This document shows, one piece after another, positions 1-9,879 of a stretch of 33,299 nt of DNA. Position numbers and translations under genes: made by a program. The stretch is from Chrysochromulina tobinii (lineage: Eukaryota): NCBI GenBank assembly GCA_001275005.1, contig JWZX01001549.1, positions 1-33,299 on the forward strand, in the 5' to 3' direction. A model generated the notes under the pieces. That model was given only the letters and a program-made list of their open reading frames with translations. It made no database searches and was not told where the DNA came from. Every line of letters starts with the position of its first letter. Position 1 is the stretch's first letter.

Positions 1-793
<793 letters not shown>

Positions 794-818
794 CTATTGC
801 CGCGGGTTCCCCGTTTTG

Positions 819-852
819 GACTTGACTCGACTTGATTTGACTTGTCTTGACA
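819..852. repeat. Degenerate pentamer array (CTTGA/CTTGT; TCAAG on minus strand) upstream of alpha-tubulin
   Basis: gacttgactcgacttgatttgacttgtcttgaca; shares the 15-mer ATTTGACTTGTCTTG with 16097-16111. Confidence 0.8.
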
Positions 853-1615
853 GGAGCACCGCGTCGAGCATGCGTACCTCCTCGTGCGTGAGCTCTGGCT
901 CGCTCGAGGTGCCCGTGAGCGGGACGATCCCAAGCAAGCAAGGACGATCCCGAGCCCGCGCGCACGAAGCCGAACGCCGCCGCTTCGCTCTTACTTCGCT
1001 CTGAGCAGCATGGATCCATTGTGCTGACGCGAATTAAAAACCCGCGCCGGCCGAGACGGGGACGGAGAAAGCGCGCATGCGGCGTCGGTCCGCCCCGCGC
1101 GCCTTAGGTAGACCCCAACCCGGAACCCGGGGGGTCGGTATGCATACTAGATACATTGTACTTAGATACGACTATAGCCCGATCTAAGTCGAATGAAAAT
1201 GACATGTGGAAACTGACCCCCGTTTTATGAAATTGGAACAGTTTGACGCAAACGGTGTCCTTCCTCCACTGGAGGGGCCACACAAGAGACAAGTTGATGA
1301 TGCATCATCAGTGGATGCAGGCATCTAGGCAAGAGCCGAAGAGGCATGCAGCCTAAAGGCTTATGCAGCACATGATGCAGCGAGAGGGTGCCGAATTGCG
1401 AATACACGCCCCCAGGTCCTGTAGCGAGAAGGCCCATCGAGCCGATCGGTCCATTGCCCACTACCACAACTCGTTGCCTTTGTGTAGCCGATGATGATGA
1501 CCATTCTTACCTCCTGATGCCATGTCTCGGCTTCTCTCGTGCTCGGCAATTTAATCCCCAGGCACGCCATGCCGCCCGCACATGCAGCGGATGTGATTGT
1601 CGCCGGCGCTCCTGC

Positions 1616-2167
1616 TCAACTTGGAGCCACCCGATAGGCCCTTGAAATATAGGATAGCTTCGGGAATCTCTGAAAGTAGGCATTGCCCAGCTGCTTTGCC
1701 TCGTTCTGGTCGATCTTCTTCGCCGGATCGGTCTCCTCGTAAACTGCCTCGGCCACGTCCATGCCGCTCGTGACCTGAGCAAACGGCGTGAATCCCTGCT
1801 CATCGAGCTGCACGTTCGCGTCATCGTAGTTGATAAACAGCTGGCTGCCGCGCGAGTCGGGCCCAGACATGGCGAAAGACAGCATGCCGCGCGTGTTGCC
1901 GATGCCCGCCTTGCGCGGATCATCCTTGATCTTGTTATCGCCCCACTTTTTGTACTCCGTCGGGCTCGCTGGAATGCCCCACTGGCAAATGAATCCCGGG
2001 ATGACGCGGTAGATTCGGCACTCGGTGTAATAGTTGCAGTCCACGAGCTGGAGGAATCGCTGCGCGCCGAGGGGCGCCCAGTCCGGGTGCACTTCGAGCT
2101 CGATCACCTGGGGGTCGGGTCTGCTCGGGTCGAGCACCACTTCGAGCCGGACCCTGACAGCAGACAT
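1616..2167 (-). CDS. Cyclophilin-type peptidyl-prolyl cis-trans isomerase (about 183 aa)
   Basis: HPDWAPLGAQRF, YRVIPGFICQWG, NTRGMLSFAMSGPDSRGSQLFIN, GFTPFAQVTSGMDV. Likely start is ATG 2167; the longer ORF-track start overlaps the neighbouring gene. Confidence 0.92.
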   Translation of the reverse strand: MSAVRVRLEVVLDPSRPDPQVIELEVHPDWAPLGAQRFLQLVDCNYYTECRIYRVIPGFICQWGIPASPTEYKKWGDNKIKDDPRKAGIGNTRGMLSFAMSGPDSRGSQLFINYDDANVQLDEQGFTPFAQVTSGMDVAEAVYEETDPAKKIDQNEAKQLGNAYFQRFPKLSYISRAYRVAPS

Positions 2168-2345
2168 GATGCTCTCCAGCGGGTCGTCTTTGCGCGCCCA
2201 CGCCGACGAACAAAGGGAACACGGGGGCGAGCGTTTCGTCAGCAGTGTGACGTTCTCGAACGTCCAAAGCACATGGCCTCTGTCTCCGTGCTCCGGTGTT
2301 TTTGTCCGGTGTTTGACGAAACCAACATTGCGCAAATCGCGCGAC
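2168..2345. promoter_or_regulatory. Short divergent intergenic region, probable bidirectional promoter
   Basis: 178 bp between head-to-head starts at 2167 (-) and 2346 (+); lower GC than flanking CDS. Confidence 0.5.
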
Positions 2346-4228
2346 ATGCAGACCACGCACATTCTGCTCGCGGCCGCCGCATCCGTCAGCGCCGCGTTCA
2401 TCACCGCTTCGCCGGCGCTCGTCCGCCGGCCACAGCTCGCGCCCCTCTCGGGACCCGTCTGCTGCGCCGAGTCTGGCGCGACAAACGATCCGGTGCCGAA
2501 GCCGCCGTCGAAGCTGCCTCAGCGCGAGATCGATTCACGCGGCTTCATAGTGCCGCAAGTGGGAGACGTGGTCAAGATGCCCTCCAAGTGGGAAGGCGAG
2601 TGGGAGGTCGGCCAGGTGGACTTCGTCCAGTACGTCGGCTCGCGGAATGCGTACGAGGTCGACCTCCTCCCTCTGAAGTCGATCGGCAACGACCTCTACC
2701 GGCTGCCCGGCAAGAAGCCCTCGTTGATACGGACCGACGTGGCGAAGCTCGGCCGGCTGCTCACCGAGTACGTGCCCGAGCGCGACGCGTACCGCGTCAA
2801 CCCCGACGACCTTTTGCCGACGGGCGGGCGCAAAGTCGAGAACCCGAGCGTCACGGAGCAGGGCCTCGCAGAGTATGCTGAGCTCAAGGCGACGCTGCTG
2901 CGCGAAGCGGCGCTCCTCGGCGTGGCGGGCACGGCGGTGAGCTTGCCCTTCTTCGGAGGCGATGTCGCTTTTGCCTTCGCGCTAGGGGCGGCGGGCGGCT
3001 GCGCGTACCTGGCACTGCTGCAGCGTGAGACGGATGGACGCGAGGGCATGGGCAGGTTGCTCGCGGCCATCGTCGGCGGCCGGCTAGCGCTGCCCGCGGT
3101 CGTGATGGCCGTGCTTGCCAGCCGCGGCATCGCCGCCAAGGGGGGGCAGTTTGACTTTGCGCTCGTACGCGCCGCACACGCGCGCGCGCTGCCGACCGTC
3201 CACCACCAACGAGCGTCATCTCGAGCGTCATCTGCCACCACCGCCGCCGGCACCAAGGGGCTGCGTTGCCGGCACCTTGGCAGCACGTCGCTCGGGCGCG
3301 CGCTTCCCCATAGGCGCTTCCCCACAGGCGCCTCCACACAGGCGCTTCCCCGCGCACTCCCATTGACCAACACGCGCGCGCTCGCGCTCACCGGCAGGTA
3401 CCTCGCGACCAGTTCGGGGCAGCGGTGCTCGGCTTCCTCGCGTACAAGGCGCCGCTGCTCGTGCGCCAGGTCGGCACCGCTCTCAAGGAGCTCGCGTCTA
3501 ACGAGGGGTCACAGGCGCCCATTGAGAAGTCTATGAGCGGCGGCTCCCTCAGCCTGATGGCAAAGCTCGCCACCGCCAACTTTCAACAGCGTCAGCGCGC
3601 CGCAGCCGCGGCGGCGGGCGCGGCGGCAGGCGGCCCCGGCTCTGTGTCGGCGGCGCGGCTCGTGGTGCTGTGCGGCCCCTCTGGCGTGGGCAAGTCGACC
3701 CTCATCGGGCGTCTGCTCGCAGAGTCGCCCGAGCGCTTTGGCTTCTCCGTCTCGTGCACCACGCGACCGCGCCGCCCCGCCGAGGCCGACGGCGTCGACT
3801 ACAGCTTCGTGACCGAGCCCAAGTTCGACACGATGATCGAGCGCGGCGACTTCCTCGAGTGGGCAAATGTGGGTAGCTACCGGTATGGTACCTCGGTCGC
3901 GGCGGTCGAGGCGGTGAGCGCGAGCGGGCGCGTCTGCCTCCTCGACCTCGACGTCCAAGGCGTCCAGTCCCTCGTCGAGCGCCGGCCCGACTTACGCCCC
4001 TACTGCGTCTGGGTGGCCGCGCCCTCGCTCGACGCGCTGCGTGCGCGGCTGCGCCAGCGAGGCTCGGAAGCGCAGGGCGACGTCGAGCAGCGCATCGCGC
4101 GCGCCGTTGATGAGATCGAGTTCTCCCTCTCCGCGCGCTGCTTCGACAAGGTCGTCCTCAACGACGACTTCGAGAGGGCGTACGCCGAGCTCAAGGCGGG
4201 CATCGACGAAGCGACGATGTCGTCGTGA
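2346..4228 (+). CDS. Plastid-targeted CGL160/Atp1 (AtpI/UncI)-like membrane protein fused to C-terminal guanylate kinase (exons 2346-3164 and 3398-4228, about 549 aa)
   Basis: Leader MQTTHILLAAAASVSAAF plus transit-like segment. Atp1/CGL160-like motifs EYAELKATL, GGCAYLALLQRETD, RLALPAVVMAV, VLGFLAYKAPL. GK motifs LCGPSGVGKSTL, FSVSCTTRPRRPAEADGVDYSFV, FLEWA..YGTS, LDLDVQG. Confidence 0.85.
3165..3397 (+). other. Intron (233 nt, phase 0) with internal 14-bp tandem repeat
   Basis: GTACGC donor, TTGAC branch-like site near 3363, GGCAG acceptor; splicing joins the 2034 and 3425 ORF frames (FDFAL|VPRDQFGAAVLGFLAYK). Confidence 0.85.
3300..3353 (+). repeat. 14-bp tandem repeat, about 3.8 copies
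   Basis: gcgcttccccatag / gcgcttccccacag / gcgcctccacacag / gcgcttccccgc. Confidence 0.85.
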
Positions 4229-4430
4229 AAGCTCTCGGGCCGCGCACGCGACGAACGAGTAAGCATAGGCCCTCCGCGGGCGCATCGTGTATACGCACAT
4301 GCAGCAATCAACATTATCAGTGGTAAAACTCTTCTGCGGAGCGACGCGTGACCGAAATCGGGCTGCACTTTTTCCCTCTACGGCAAGTCACCCACCCACA
4401 GACCAGCAGCAAAAGCGAGCCTTACAAAGA

Positions 4431-4712
4431 CTATCGTGACGGCGGCTTGTAGCGGCGTTGCAGCGCGTCGTCGTACATGTAGTTGATGTCGCTGCTCTCT
4501 GAGCTCATGCCGCACTGTTGCCGCAGAGACTGCAAGCCCGATCGCGCCTCGTCAAGCATCTTGGCCATCTTCTGTGGGTTGGCCTCGCCCATGTTCCGCC
4601 GGAACTCATCGCGAATCTCGGTCTTGACGGCCTCCTTTTTGATGGATGGCCAGCGCTGCGCCGTGCGCATGATGCGCCGAAAGAGGCTCAGTGCCTCTGC
4701 TCTGCCGGCCAT
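4431..4712 (-). CDS. LYR-motif (Complex1_LYR family) small protein, 93 aa, probably mitochondrial
   Basis: MAGRAEALSLFRRIMRTAQRWP...IRDEFRRN...KMLDEARSGL: LFR variant of LYR plus the conserved downstream F-R-x-N. Confidence 0.85.
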   Translation of the reverse strand: MAGRAEALSLFRRIMRTAQRWPSIKKEAVKTEIRDEFRRNMGEANPQKMAKMLDEARSGLQSLRQQCGMSSESSDINYMYDDALQRRYKPPSR

Positions 4713-4939
4713 CGAGGATCGGTACTGTTCAAGTTTACATCGCGAAAGTAAAATTCTGAATAATGGGAAAGGTGACGAAACCTCCCAATCGTACAATCGT
4801 CTGATCCCTGCTCGTTAACGGTGTCCGCCTCGGGTCTCGTCACACAAAATTTGACAAAGTCGCCTCTTTCACTGGCTTTCGGTGACGCACCCCGACGCGG
4901 CCTCGACCGCGCCGGCGACGCCAGCGCCCGCGTCAACAC

Positions 4940-6582
4940 ATGCACAAGCGTGGCATGGTGCCCGTTCTGTGCGCCGCTTTCTGCTCCGCGCAAATAGTCA
5001 CGCGCACCGAGTACGTGTATCGGCCGGTTGGGCAGCAAGGCGGCGGAGGAACTTTTTCCGGCGTAGTGCCGGGAATGGTCCTCGCTGCGGGCAGTGCGGC
5101 GCTCTTGTGGTGGAATGAGGGCCGCACGGCGGCACAGGAGCGCCTGCTTGCAAGCGCCAACCGCAAGCTCGTGCACGCGAGCGGCACCGACGCGCTCGAT
5201 CAGGCCAACGATGGCCGCCTCGTGCACCTCTACTCTCCCACGGTTTTCAGCACGGGCGTCACCGACAGTTTATTTGAGGACGTGCGCCGGCCAAAGGCGG
5301 CGCGGCTGCGTCGTCTGACCGAAGTGTACCAGTGGGATGAGACTTCGAGCACGCACGAGGTACGCATCTCTCGCGACACTGTCCAGCGCACGACCTCGTA
5401 CTCCTATGACGCACGCTGGCGCGACCACACAGTGGGAAACGCATTCCACGACGGTGGCCGGCACCACAACCCTACGCCGCGCCTGGTGCCGAGCATAGTG
5501 CTCACCACGGCGACGGACGCCCGACTCGCCAACGGCGTCTCGATCGAGCCCGCCTTGCTCGAGCAACTCGAGAGCTGGCATCCGGTGCGGCTACGGCCCG
5601 GGGCCGCTGACGAGGAAGGAGAGGCGGCGGAAGAGGCGTCGGCTGCGCGTGAGGCGGCGGAAGAGGCGGCGGCGGAAGAGGAGGCGGTTGCGGAGGAGGA
5701 GGCGCCTGGGCACGAGGTGGAGGGGCGGGTCTCGTCACATTCACATTCACAGGTGGAGGGGCGGGTCTCGTCGGCGGTCGTCTCATTGAGCGCCATTGAT
5801 GGCGCAGCGATCGCGCCTCTAGATGGGCACTCGTCGCAGGCCGAGTGCATCTACTTTCCGGTACGGGGATTCGCTGGCGACGCGGCTCGCAGCAGCGGCA
5901 GCTGGGCGCTCGCCGACGGGCCAAGCATGCCGCTGCCCCGCTCGGTCGGTGCGTACTTGCACCGTGAGCGCCGTCTCAGTGCGTCGCCCATGGCCCGCCT
6001 CCGCCTCGCACCGCGTGCGCAGGTGGGTGACGGCGCGTGTGCGATTCGACGAGGGTACCTTGGCCGTCGGAGGGAGTGAGCGTGCTCGCATGCCAGGCGA
6101 GCCTCACAACGCTTGCCCCGTGGCGCGACCGTTTGGGTGGCGGCGGCCCTTCTCTGTACATGCTGCTCCCGGGGCGCGTGCCTGCTTGCGAGATGCTCCG
6201 CGCAGCACGTGCGGCCTCCGTGCGGTCGATGTGGATGCTGCGCGGCGCCGGCGCGGCCCTCATGTGGCTCGGGCTCGGGTGCAGCTTGAGCTGGCTGCCC
6301 GCCCTCGCTGCCCGTCTGCCGCTCCTCGGAGGGCTCGCCGGCTCCCTAGCCGGCGCGGGCATCGGGATCGTCTCCTTGGGTGGTGCACTTAGCCTCTCCG
6401 CGGGGGTCGTCGCGCTTGCGTGGGTGCGCTACCGGCCGTGGCGTAGCGCTGTGCTCGTCGCGATGGCTGCGAGTGCATACTGTGCCCTTGCCAAGGCTGC
6501 CGTTGCTCTCCACGCCGCCCAGTCGCTCGGGCTGCCCAACAGGCAGCCAACGGCCAGACTGCGCGGCCAACAGCCCTTCTGA
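4940..6582 (+). CDS. TMEM43: TMEM43 (LUMA/DUF1625)-like membrane protein; reading frame broken near 6032-6054
   Basis: LLWWNEGRT, NDGRLVH, LRRLTEVYQWDE, YSYDARW, HHNP in ORF 4940. C-terminal TM block WMLRGAG...LPLLGGL...VVALAWVRYRPW lies in the 6037 frame. Confidence 0.85.
5715..5772 (+). repeat. 22-bp direct repeat (36-bp period) inside the TMEM43-like CDS
   Basis: aggtggaggggcgggtctcgtc at 5715-5736 and 5751-5772, separated by acattcacattcac. Confidence 0.9.
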
Positions 6583-7302
6583 GAGCTCAGTCGCGTCAGT
6601 GGTGCAGTGCCAGTGCTCACGAGAATCGAGGTCGAGTACACATGGCGGCGATCCGCGATGGCGAAAGCGCGATGACTAGGCTGGGGCGGCGGAGGCGGGA
6701 GAGGGTGATTGGGTGAGAGGTGTTCGGCGAGGTGTTCGGGGAGTGCCCGAGGGTCCCTGACCGAGCACCGACCGTGTGGCGGAGAGGAATCGGCGAATTA
6801 GGGTAAACATTCAATTCTCGGTGTACATGAAAGTACATCCAAGGATTCGCCGTGTCGCAAAAGCGCCGTCGCGTAACCCTTCCCTCAACCCCTGTGCTGA
6901 GACGGGAGCACGGGACTGTCTCGGCGGCGAGAGGACAAGCACGAAACCACGAATGCAGTAGCCACTTTCCGACACGCGTCCTCGACCAGAACGGAGTTTC
7001 CGATCCGTCGGCGATCCACAGTATGCACACATGCCGATACAGTACCACTTCTGTCTCATTTACACACAAGACCAGATACCCATGAGATCTTGCTGGTCCT
7101 CAAAGAAACGGGGGGTCCGGAGTGTCTGCGCGTTTGTGTTTCACAGCCAATGGTTTTATTTGGACACCCACGAGCACCGGACCGGCGACACAGCTCTGTG
7201 TGAAACGGCTGTGAGCTGGAGCGTGCTCCGCACTTCCAAGAAGGCACCAACTCACAGTTGAAAAGGTCGTGCCTTCCCGGCGACAAGCCAGAGGCAGAAC
7301 AC

Positions 7303-8361
7303 ATGGATTCGTCCAGCGACTCCAGCTCCGCCGAGACATCCGAGACCCTGTACGACATCCTTGATATCACGCCCGACGCTGTCGATGCAGTTATCCGGCG
7401 TGCATACAAGCAGCAGGCGCTGCGCTGGCATCCTGACAAGTGCTCCGAGCCCGGCGCAGAGACCAAGTTCAAGCAGATTGCCGAGGCGTGGCACGTTCTC
7501 TCTGACGACAACCGGCGTGCTGTGTATGATGAGCAGCTGCGCAGCGGCGTCTTCGACGACGATCGCAGTCAGAACGAGAGGCAAGCCGCGGCACGCGAGG
7601 CCGCGTACCAGGCATATCAGGAGTTTATGTGGCGCGAGGAGCAGGACGCACAGCGCCGGATGCGTCGAGAGCGCGCCTGCCTTGTGGGTGTCATCAGCTT
7701 GGTGGCATGGGTCAGCGTGCTGCTTGCGATTTTGCAGCGGCATACGGCCTCGCTCGGCCTACCGCCGCAGCTCTTCCGGCCTCCGCTCGTGCTGAGCACG
7801 CGTGAACTTGCGCGTCTGCCGCTCACGCTCGAGTTCGCATCGTTTCGCGAGCGGCTCGACGCGCGCCACCGTGCGCGCGCGCGGCCATTGGCGGCGTTGG
7901 CGTGGCTGCCCGACTACATGCCCGCCTACCTGCGCATTGACCTCAACCAGACCTCGGAGCTGCGCCGTGCGCCCGAAGTGGGCCAGCCGCACGGGCGTGG
8001 CTGGCTGCTGCGCTCGGCCGCGACGGGCGAGGACATCTACGGGCGCGAGCTGAACCTCGTGACGAGCGTCTACGTGCGGCCGCCGGCTGGGCAGCGCAAG
8101 ACGGGGCAGAAGGTGCTCGGGATGAGCCCCGAGGGCACGCCGACCTTGTGTACGCAGCTCTGGCGCTCGGGCAGCCTGCATCGCGAGGAGTGGTACGACG
8201 ACATGGCGCGCTCGGTTGGCGGGCGGCTCAGGCCGTTTGGGCTCGCGGCGGTCCCACCCGCCGATTGCGAGCCGGAGGTTGGCTTGCTGGCCATCGCGGC
8301 GAGCACGCTCTTGGCGCTCATCGCGACGCGGCTCACCTTGCGCATGGCGAGCTTGGGTTGA
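7303..8361 (+). CDS. DnaJ/J-domain protein with two predicted transmembrane segments (about 352 aa)
   Basis: TLYDILDI...IRRAYKQQALRWHPDK...FKQIAEAWHVLSDDNRRAVYD; hydrophobic segments CLVGVISLVAWVSVLLAIL and VGLLAIAASTLLALIA. Confidence 0.9.
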   Translation: MDSSSDSSSAETSETLYDILDITPDAVDAVIRRAYKQQALRWHPDKCSEPGAETKFKQIAEAWHVLSDDNRRAVYDEQLRSGVFDDDRSQNERQAAAREAAYQAYQEFMWREEQDAQRRMRRERACLVGVISLVAWVSVLLAILQRHTASLGLPPQLFRPPLVLSTRELARLPLTLEFASFRERLDARHRARARPLAALAWLPDYMPAYLRIDLNQTSELRRAPEVGQPHGRGWLLRSAATGEDIYGRELNLVTSVYVRPPAGQRKTGQKVLGMSPEGTPTLCTQLWRSGSLHREEWYDDMARSVGGRLRPFGLAAVPPADCEPEVGLLAIAASTLLALIATRLTLRMASLG

Positions 8362-8616
8362 CATAGCGCGCGCGACACAGTGCCTTGGGGCCATGTAGTG
8401 CCCGACCGGCCGCTCGACGCATCAGAAAGTCTCTGAAGATAAAATCAACTTAGCAAAAGTGGCCCCACCTTCCTAATTAAGAACTTGCTGATTTCAACAG
8501 AAGAGTCCAAGTTCTATTTGTGGACTCTGCTGATTAACTTTACCGGCAAATTTGCCGAAATCCAAAACTAGAAGACTTAAGGGCCGACGGCGGGCGCGGG
8601 CCGGAATTAAGACGGA

Positions 8617-9879
8617 ATGATGGCGCTTTTCTTGGGCAACCAGCCGTACGCCTGCGTGCACGAGGGCTGCGGCAAGCGCTTCTCGCAGTCGGGCCACCTC
8701 ACGTCGCACAAGCGCACGCACACGGGCGAGCAGCCGTACGCCTGCGAGCACGAGGGCTGTGGCGAGCGCTTCTCGCAGACGACCAACCTAACGACGCACA
8801 AGCGCACGCACACGGGCGAGCAGCCGTACGCCTGCGAGCACAAGGGCTGCGGCAAGCGCTTCACGCAGTCGGGCCACCTCACGACGCACAATCGCACGCA
8901 CACGGGCGACCAGCCGTACGTCTGCAAGCACGAGGGCTGTGGCAAGCGCTTCACGGAGTCGAGCAACCTCACGACGCACAATCGCACGCACACGGGCGAC
9001 CAGCCGTACGTCTGCAAGCACGAGGGCTGCGGCAAGCGCTTCACGGAGTCGGGCAACCTCACGAGGCACAAGCGCACGCACACGGGCGAGCGACCATATG
9101 CCTGCAACGACGAGGGCTGCGGCAAGCGCTTCTCGCAGTCGGGCAAGCTCAAGTCGCACATGTACACAAGCTCGCACGGCCGTTGCAGCCACAATGTGCC
9201 GGAGTACCTGTGTGACGACCTCGAGTGCGTCCAGCGGCGGGAGATGCGCCGTCAGCTCGCCGTAAACTTTGGCCAGCAAGTAGCTCACTCGCCAGCAGCG
9301 CGCCCGGCGCCTGCCGTGCTCCCATCAATGCCGCAGCGCTTGGGCGGCCGCAGGCGCAGCCGGAAGCGCCCACACGAGGCTAAGGACTGGTACGAGGACG
9401 AGGAGGGCATGCAGCTCGCTGTGGCCCTGTCGGCCTCGGTCACAGAGGTGGGCCTTCCCGATGAGAAGCGACAGCGGTTGGACAGCCGACCGACTCACAC
9501 AAAGGGCGCTTCTTCCAGCTTCGACATGGAGCATGCACCTTGCATCAACGACGAGTTGGATGAGGTGAGGGTGGAGGTGGAATTGGATGAGGAGGGTCCT
9601 TGCTTTGGCTGCTGCCTGGGTAGGGAAGTGACCTTCATCGGCACGGCGCGCGATCGACCTGACCTGTCGGAACCCGACGGCGGGTGGGGATACACCCCGT
9701 GCTGCGGGCAGACGGCACACTTTGACTGCCTCGGGCGCTGGCTCACCCCGGACGATCCTGAGCGCGGCAGGCTGGTGGAGTCGACAAGCGGGCCGGTGGC
9801 CATCGAACTCAAGTGCCCCTTTTGTAAGAAGGCGCTCTCCCGCTCGCGCATGCGCATGCTGAGGGCCTGTGCGAAATAA
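8617..9879 (+). CDS. Tandem C2H2 zinc-finger protein (6 fingers) with UIM-like motif and C-terminal RING-like domain
   Basis: Repeats of YACxHEGCGKRFxxSxxLTxHxRTHTGEQP; EDEEGMQLAVALSAS (UIM-like); CFGC...PCCGQTAHFDCLGRW...CPFC. Start codon uncertain. Confidence 0.88.
   Translation: MMALFLGNQPYACVHEGCGKRFSQSGHLTSHKRTHTGEQPYACEHEGCGERFSQTTNLTTHKRTHTGEQPYACEHKGCGKRFTQSGHLTTHNRTHTGDQPYVCKHEGCGKRFTESSNLTTHNRTHTGDQPYVCKHEGCGKRFTESGNLTRHKRTHTGERPYACNDEGCGKRFSQSGKLKSHMYTSSHGRCSHNVPEYLCDDLECVQRREMRRQLAVNFGQQVAHSPAARPAPAVLPSMPQRLGGRRRSRKRPHEAKDWYEDEEGMQLAVALSASVTEVGLPDEKRQRLDSRPTHTKGASSSFDMEHAPCINDELDEVRVEVELDEEGPCFGCCLGREVTFIGTARDRPDLSEPDGGWGYTPCCGQTAHFDCLGRWLTPDDPERGRLVESTSGPVAIELKCPFCKKALSRSRMRMLRACAK
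8641..9160 (+). repeat. 90-bp coding minisatellite (zinc-finger units)
   Basis: Units start at 8641, 8731, 8821, 8911, 9001 and 9091; highly similar at DNA level. Confidence 0.95.

Noticed and set aside
3425..4228. Stand-alone guanylate kinase gene
   Set aside because: The ORF-track start is a GTG within the last Atp1-like helix, and an upstream intron joins it in frame to the 2346 exon. An internal ATG start (3534 or 3557) is not excluded without transcripts.
6798..6880. TTAGGG/TAACCCT words as telomere or telomerase-template signal (also near 28868)
   Set aside because: Single short copies, expected by chance.
8641..9160. Regular repeats resembling a CRISPR array
   Set aside because: Contiguous 90-bp coding units without unique spacers; they encode zinc fingers in a eukaryotic context.
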